Part shown: positions 36,265 through 39,515 of the stretch, piece by piece | How the letters are laid out: every line of letters starts with the position of its first letter | Position numbering within the stretch: the stretch's first letter is position 1 | Assembly (NCBI GenBank): GCA_964632245.1 | Contig: CAZWFG010000001.1 | Coordinates: 1-39,515 of the forward strand | DNA length: 39,515 nucleotides | Direction of reading: 5' to 3' | From: an uncultured Synechococcus sp. | GTDB taxonomy: Bacteria; Cyanobacteriota; Cyanobacteriia; PCC-6307; Cyanobiaceae | Program-made: the position numbers and the translations under genes | Notes under the pieces: model-generated | Seen by the model: only the letters and a program-made list of their open reading frames with translations | The model's database searches: none | What the model was told of the DNA's origin: nothing

Positions 36265-37398
36265 ATGGCCGGTCTTCTCGTGCTGGCGGACGGTCTGGTG
36301 CTTCGTGGCCGGGCGATCGGAGCCAGGGGCACCGCCATCGGTGAGGTGGTGTTCAACACCGGCATGACCGGGTACCAGGAGGTGATCACCGACCCCAGCT
36401 ACACAGGGCAGCTGATCACCTTCACGGCTCCTGAACTGGGCAACACCGGGGTCAATGACGATGATCAGGAGGGAGACCGCCCCGCGGCGCGGGCCGTCAT
36501 TGCCCGGGAGCTGTCCCCCTGCCCCAGCAGCTGGCGCTCCCGCCAGCCCCTGGAGGACTGGCTGAGGCACCACGGCGTCGTCGGTCTGGTCGGGGTGGAC
36601 ACCCGCGCCCTGGTGCGGCGGCTGCGGGAGGGCGGAGCCATCAACGGAGCCGTGAGCACCGATGGAGCGGAGCCCAGCGACTTGCTGCGCCGGGTGCAGG
36701 CCGCCCCTTCGATGGAAGGACTCAACCTGGCCTCGAGGGTCACCACGCCGTCGCCTTATGTCTGGGACCGGTTGACCGCGACGGGATTCGACCAGCGCCT
36801 CCAACCTGCCCCCGCTGCTGAGCCCTATGCCGTGGTCGCCATCGATTTCGGCATCAAACGGGCCATCCTTGAGCGGCTTGTGGCCCATGGCTGCCGGGTC
36901 ACGGTGCTGCCCGCCGGCAGCAACCTCGACGAGGTGATGGCCCACCAGCCCGAGGGGGTGTTCCTGTCCAATGGCCCCGGCGACCCCGCCGCCGTCGGTG
37001 ACGGCATCAGCCTCGCCCGGGACCTGCTGGAGCAGCCTGACCTGCCGGTGTTCGGCATCTGCCTGGGTCACCAGATCCTCGGTCTGGCCCTCGGGGGCAG
37101 CACCTTCAAGCTGGGCTATGGCCACCGGGGCCTGAACCATCCCTGCGGCGGCGGCGGCCCGGTGGAGATCACCAGCCAGAACCATGGCTTCGCCCTCAAC
37201 GCCGACAGTCTTCCCCTCGATCGGGTGGCCATCACCCACCGCAACCTCAACGACAGCACCGTGGCGGCCATCGAGCTGCTTCAGCAGCCGGTCTTCGGCG
37301 TCCAGTACCACCCGGAGGCTTCACCGGGCCCCCATGATGCGGATCACCACTTCCGACGGTTCGTGGCGTTGATGGCAAGCCGTCGTCAGCCCGGATAA
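36265..37398 (+). CDS. carA: carbamoyl-phosphate synthase small (glutaminase) subunit
   Basis: The translation contains [41 protein letters not shown] (catalytic Cys) and [12 protein letters not shown]. The start is ATG 36265, or GTG 36253 four codons upstream. Confidence 0.9.
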   Translation: MAGLLVLADGLVLRGRAIGARGTAIGEVVFNTGMTGYQEVITDPSYTGQLITFTAPELGNTGVNDDDQEGDRPAARAVIARELSPCPSSWRSRQPLEDWLRHHGVVGLVGVDTRALVRRLREGGAINGAVSTDGAEPSDLLRRVQAAPSMEGLNLASRVTTPSPYVWDRLTATGFDQRLQPAPAAEPYAVVAIDFGIKRAILERLVAHGCRVTVLPAGSNLDEVMAHQPEGVFLSNGPGDPAAVGDGISLARDLLEQPDLPVFGICLGHQILGLALGGSTFKLGYGHRGLNHPCGGGGPVEITSQNHGFALNADSLPLDRVAITHRNLNDSTVAAIELLQQPVFGVQYHPEASPGPHDADHHFRRFVALMASRRQPG

Positions 37399-37443
37399 AC
37401 TTGAGAGCCCTTCGGGGCCATCAACCGCAGGAGGCCTGGAGCC

Positions 37444-37812
37444 ATCACTGAGCTGACCCGACTCACCGTCTCTCTCCGCGGCGGCTGCGAGCCTCAGGCC
37501 GGCTGTCTGCTGCTGCACTTCACGGGCCAGCTCGATGCGTATTCCGAGCGGCAGTTCCGTGAATTCATCGAACAGCATGGATCCACCGGGGATCTGCCCC
37601 TGGTGTTTGATCTGAGCCGCATCGACTTCATCGACTCGTCGGGCCTCGGCGCTTTGGTCACCATTGCCAAGCAGTGCAACGAGGCCGGCCGCCGGTTCGT
37701 GGTCGTCGGCAACAGCCGCGTGGTGCAGACCGTGAAGCTGGTGCGGCTCGAAGCCTTCCTCCATCTGCAGCCCGACCTCCCCACAGCCCTCGGTGCCCTC
37801 AGCGCCGCCTGA
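37444..37812 (+). CDS. STAS-domain protein (anti-sigma-factor antagonist, SpoIIAA/RsbV-like) with a non-canonical start
   Basis: The frame reads ...ITELTRLTVSLRGGCEPQAGCLLLHFTGQLDAYSERQFREFIEQ...VFDLSRIDFIDSSGLGALV...VVVGNSRVVQTVKLVRL, a complete STAS fold with the DSSG phospho-serine motif. The first ATG/GTG/TTG in frame is at 37603, in the middle of the domain. I chose ATC 37444 because it lies 9 nt after AGGAGG (37429-37434). Confidence 0.65.
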   Translation: MTELTRLTVSLRGGCEPQAGCLLLHFTGQLDAYSERQFREFIEQHGSTGDLPLVFDLSRIDFIDSSGLGALVTIAKQCNEAGRRFVVVGNSRVVQTVKLVRLEAFLHLQPDLPTALGALSAA

Positions 37813-38194
37813 TCCCTGCCCCGGGCCCGCCCAGCTCGCCTGGCTGGGGGATGCGGTGTGGGAGCTTCACCAGCGGCAACACCTGGTGCGGCGGTTGGCC
37901 AGTCCGCGCCGACTCCACGACGCCGGTGTGGCCCGGGTCCGTGCCGAGGCCCAGAGCCTGGCCCTCGAACGCCTTGAACCATTGCTTCGCGATGATGAGC
38001 GGGAATGGGTCCGGCGGGGACGCAATGCCGCCGGGCGTCGCCCCCGCCATCTCGATGCGGCCACCTATGGCAGGGCCTCGGGATTTGAGACAATGGTGGG
38101 CTGGCTCCACCTGCACGATCCGGAGCGCCTGAGCGAGCTGCTGAGCTGTCTCGATCCGGCCGTTGCCGCCGACAGGCCGGACAGTCCCCTCTGA
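37793..38194 (+). CDS. mrnC: Mini-ribonuclease 3 (23S rRNA maturation)
   Basis: LAWLGDAVWELHQRQHL is the RNase III-type signature of Mini-III. RGRNA and GFETMVGWL are also present. The GTG start overlaps the STAS gene end by 20 nt. Confidence 0.8.
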   Translation: MPSAPPDPCPGPAQLAWLGDAVWELHQRQHLVRRLASPRRLHDAGVARVRAEAQSLALERLEPLLRDDEREWVRRGRNAAGRRPRHLDAATYGRASGFETMVGWLHLHDPERLSELLSCLDPAVAADRPDSPL

Positions 38195-38228
38195 CGGACG
38201 AGCCTGGTTCCCTGCAGTCGCCCCGACC

Positions 38229-39515
38229 ATGGCCTTCCGTCCCGACCGAACCCCCCGCAGCCCCGGCGGTCCCCGCGGCGGTCGCCCCCGAGGCGCTGGT
38301 GGGCGACCTCCGGCCCCTCCCCGACGCTTTGACCGGCGCGATCGTCCTGACGGGGGCGACCGCCCGGAACGGCCCTTCCGCGCCGAGCGCAGTGACCGGG
38401 ACGAGCGTTTCAGCCGCCCCCAGGGGGGGGAGCGCATGGGCCGTCCGGCCCGGTTCAGCCGCATTGACCGACCCCAGCGCTTTGACCGACCCCAGCGGTT
38501 CGATCGTCCCCAGCGCTTCGATCGTCCGGAACGGTTCGAGCGCACGGATCGTTTCGAGAGGACTGATCGTTTCGAGCGCACGAATCGTTTCGAGCGCACG
38601 GATCGCGATGAACCCGTCGACCGCGGGGAACGCCCGGGCCGGCGGGAACGCTTCGACCGTTTTGACCGTGCCGATCGGGGTGATCGCCGCGCCCGACCGG
38701 TGTTCCGCGGCCCTGACCGTTCACGCCGAGATGGACTGCCGCTGGAGGGGCCACCGCAGGGGGAGGCCGAACAGCACGGTCCATCGATGGCGGATGACCT
38801 GGTCTGGGGCCGCCACCCGGCCCTGGCAGCCCTCGAGAGTGGGCGGCCGATCCACCGCATCTGGTGCACGCCGGAGATGCGGTGCAGCAGCCGTTTTCTG
38901 CAGCTGCTGCGGGAAGCGAAGGCCGGTGGGGTGCTGGTCGAGGAAGTGACCTGGGCGCGCCTGGCGCAGCTGTGCGGCGGAGCAGTGCATCAGGGAATCG
39001 TGCTGCAGACCGCTGCTGCGGAGACCCTGGATCTGGAGACTCTGCTGGCAGGCTGCCGCCAGTTGGATGAAGCGCCGCTGCTGGTGGCCCTCGACGGCAT
39101 CACCGATCCCCACAACGTCGGTGCGATCGTCCGCAGCGCCGAGGCGCTCGGGGCCCACGGGCTGGTGCTGCCCCAGCGCCGTTCTGCCGGGCTCACGGGC
39201 TCGGTGGCGAAAGTGGCGGCCGGCGCCCTCGAGCATCTTCCGGTCGCCCGGGTCGTGAACCTCAACCGGGCCCTCGAAACCCTTCGGGAGGAAGGCTTCC
39301 GGGTGGTCGGCCTGGCCGAGGAAGGCACGGTGTCCCTCGGGGAGGTCGATCTGCAGGGGCCCCTGGTGGTGGTCACGGGTTCGGAGGGGGCCGGCCTGTC
39401 CCTGCTGACCCGACGCCACTGCGACCAGCTGGTGCGCATCCCCCTGCGGGGCGTCACCCCCAGCCTCAACGCCTCGGTGGCTTCGTCCTTGCTGCTCTAC
39501 GAGATCGCCCGGCGG
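38229..39515 (+). CDS. rlmB: 23S rRNA (guanosine-2'-O)-methyltransferase RlmB/TrmH (SpoU) family, with a long N-terminal Arg/Asp/Phe repeat extension; 3' end runs off the window
   Basis: I translated this frame by hand; it is absent from the ORF track because it has no stop in the window. It begins MAFRPDRTPRSPGGPRGGRPRG and has an (RPQRFD)n/(RTDRFE)n region. The core then reads DLVWGRHPALAALESGRPIHRIW (SpoU substrate-binding domain), LDGITDPHNVGAIVRSAEALGA, VVTGSEGAGLS and IPLRG..PSLNASVASSLLLYE (SPOUT motifs). An alternative internal ATG at 38787 would give a canonical-length protein. Confidence 0.85.
   Translation, partial: MAFRPDRTPRSPGGPRGGRPRGAGGRPPAPPRRFDRRDRPDGGDRPERPFRAERSDRDERFSRPQGGERMGRPARFSRIDRPQRFDRPQRFDRPQRFDRPERFERTDRFERTDRFERTNRFERTDRDEPVDRGERPGRRERFDRFDRADRGDRRARPVFRGPDRSRRDGLPLEGPPQGEAEQHGPSMADDLVWGRHPALAALESGRPIHRIWCTPEMRCSSRFLQLLREAKAGGVLVEEVTWARLAQLCGGAVHQGIVLQTAAAETLDLETLLAGCRQLDEAPLLVALDGITDPHNVGAIVRSAEALGAHGLVLPQRRSAGLTGSVAKVAAGALEHLPVARVVNLNRALETLREEGFRVVGLAEEGTVSLGEVDLQGPLVVVTGSEGAGLSLLTRRHCDQLVRIPLRGVTPSLNASVASSLLLYEIARR
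38469..38612 (+). repeat. 18-bp in-frame tandem repeat, 8 units (hexapeptide RPQRFD / RPERFE / RTDRFE / RTNRFE / RTDRDE)
   Basis: The units are cgaccccagcgctttgac, cgaccccagcggttcgat, cgtccccagcgcttcgat, cgtccggaacggttcgag, cgcacggatcgtttcgag, aggactgatcgtttcgag, cgcacgaatcgtttcgag and cgcacggatcgcgatgaa. The first three differ only at synonymous positions. Confidence 0.9.

Noticed and set aside
37799-38869. 356-aa minus-strand ORF with a striking RSKRSKRS / RSVRSKRF repeat
   Set aside because: It is the antisense reading of the rlmB N-terminal repeats and also overlaps mrnC. The plus-strand frame is continuous with a bona fide SpoU methyltransferase core, and its repeat differences are synonymous only in the plus frame.

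Overview
The window is a very GC-rich chromosomal segment, about two thirds G+C in most 60-nt lines. Its gene content points to a picocyanobacterium of the Cyanobium / Synechococcus cluster 5 type: chlH followed by an hli gene, class II nrdJ, and many cyanobacteria-specific DUF proteins. This taxonomic call is inferred from gene content only. Most of the window is densely packed core housekeeping: tpiA, folP, dapB, chlH, hli, apt, nrdJ, prfC, hslO, rsmE, msrA, trpD, carA, mrnC, rlmB and one tRNA-Ser(UGA). I found no transposase, integrase, phage gene, CRISPR array or recognisable defence gene.

The least ordinary part is a signalling cluster at about 12.4-19.8 kb. On one side, an operon encodes a secreted 4x EF-hand protein, an Fcy1-type cytosine deaminase and a dCache hybrid-like histidine kinase with a degenerate receiver. 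It is divergent from an OmpR/EnvZ-like two-component pair followed by an ArnT/PMT-like GT39 glycosyltransferase.

Other points worth a second look:
- a STAS gene with no canonical start codon but a perfect AGGAGG 9 nt upstream of an AUC
- an RlmB with a ~186-aa N-terminal Arg/Asp/Phe hexapeptide-repeat extension whose repeat copies differ only synonymously
- a 15-bp x4 tandem repeat in the N-terminus of the EF-hand gene
- a compositional break inside chlH
- an HLR1-like repeat upstream of hli
- an intrinsic terminator that abuts the next start codon

All family names come from reading the translated ORFs by eye and from memory of the families. DUF numbers in particular need HMM confirmation. 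Many long ORFs in the six-frame track are antisense shadow ORFs, which are typical of high-GC DNA.
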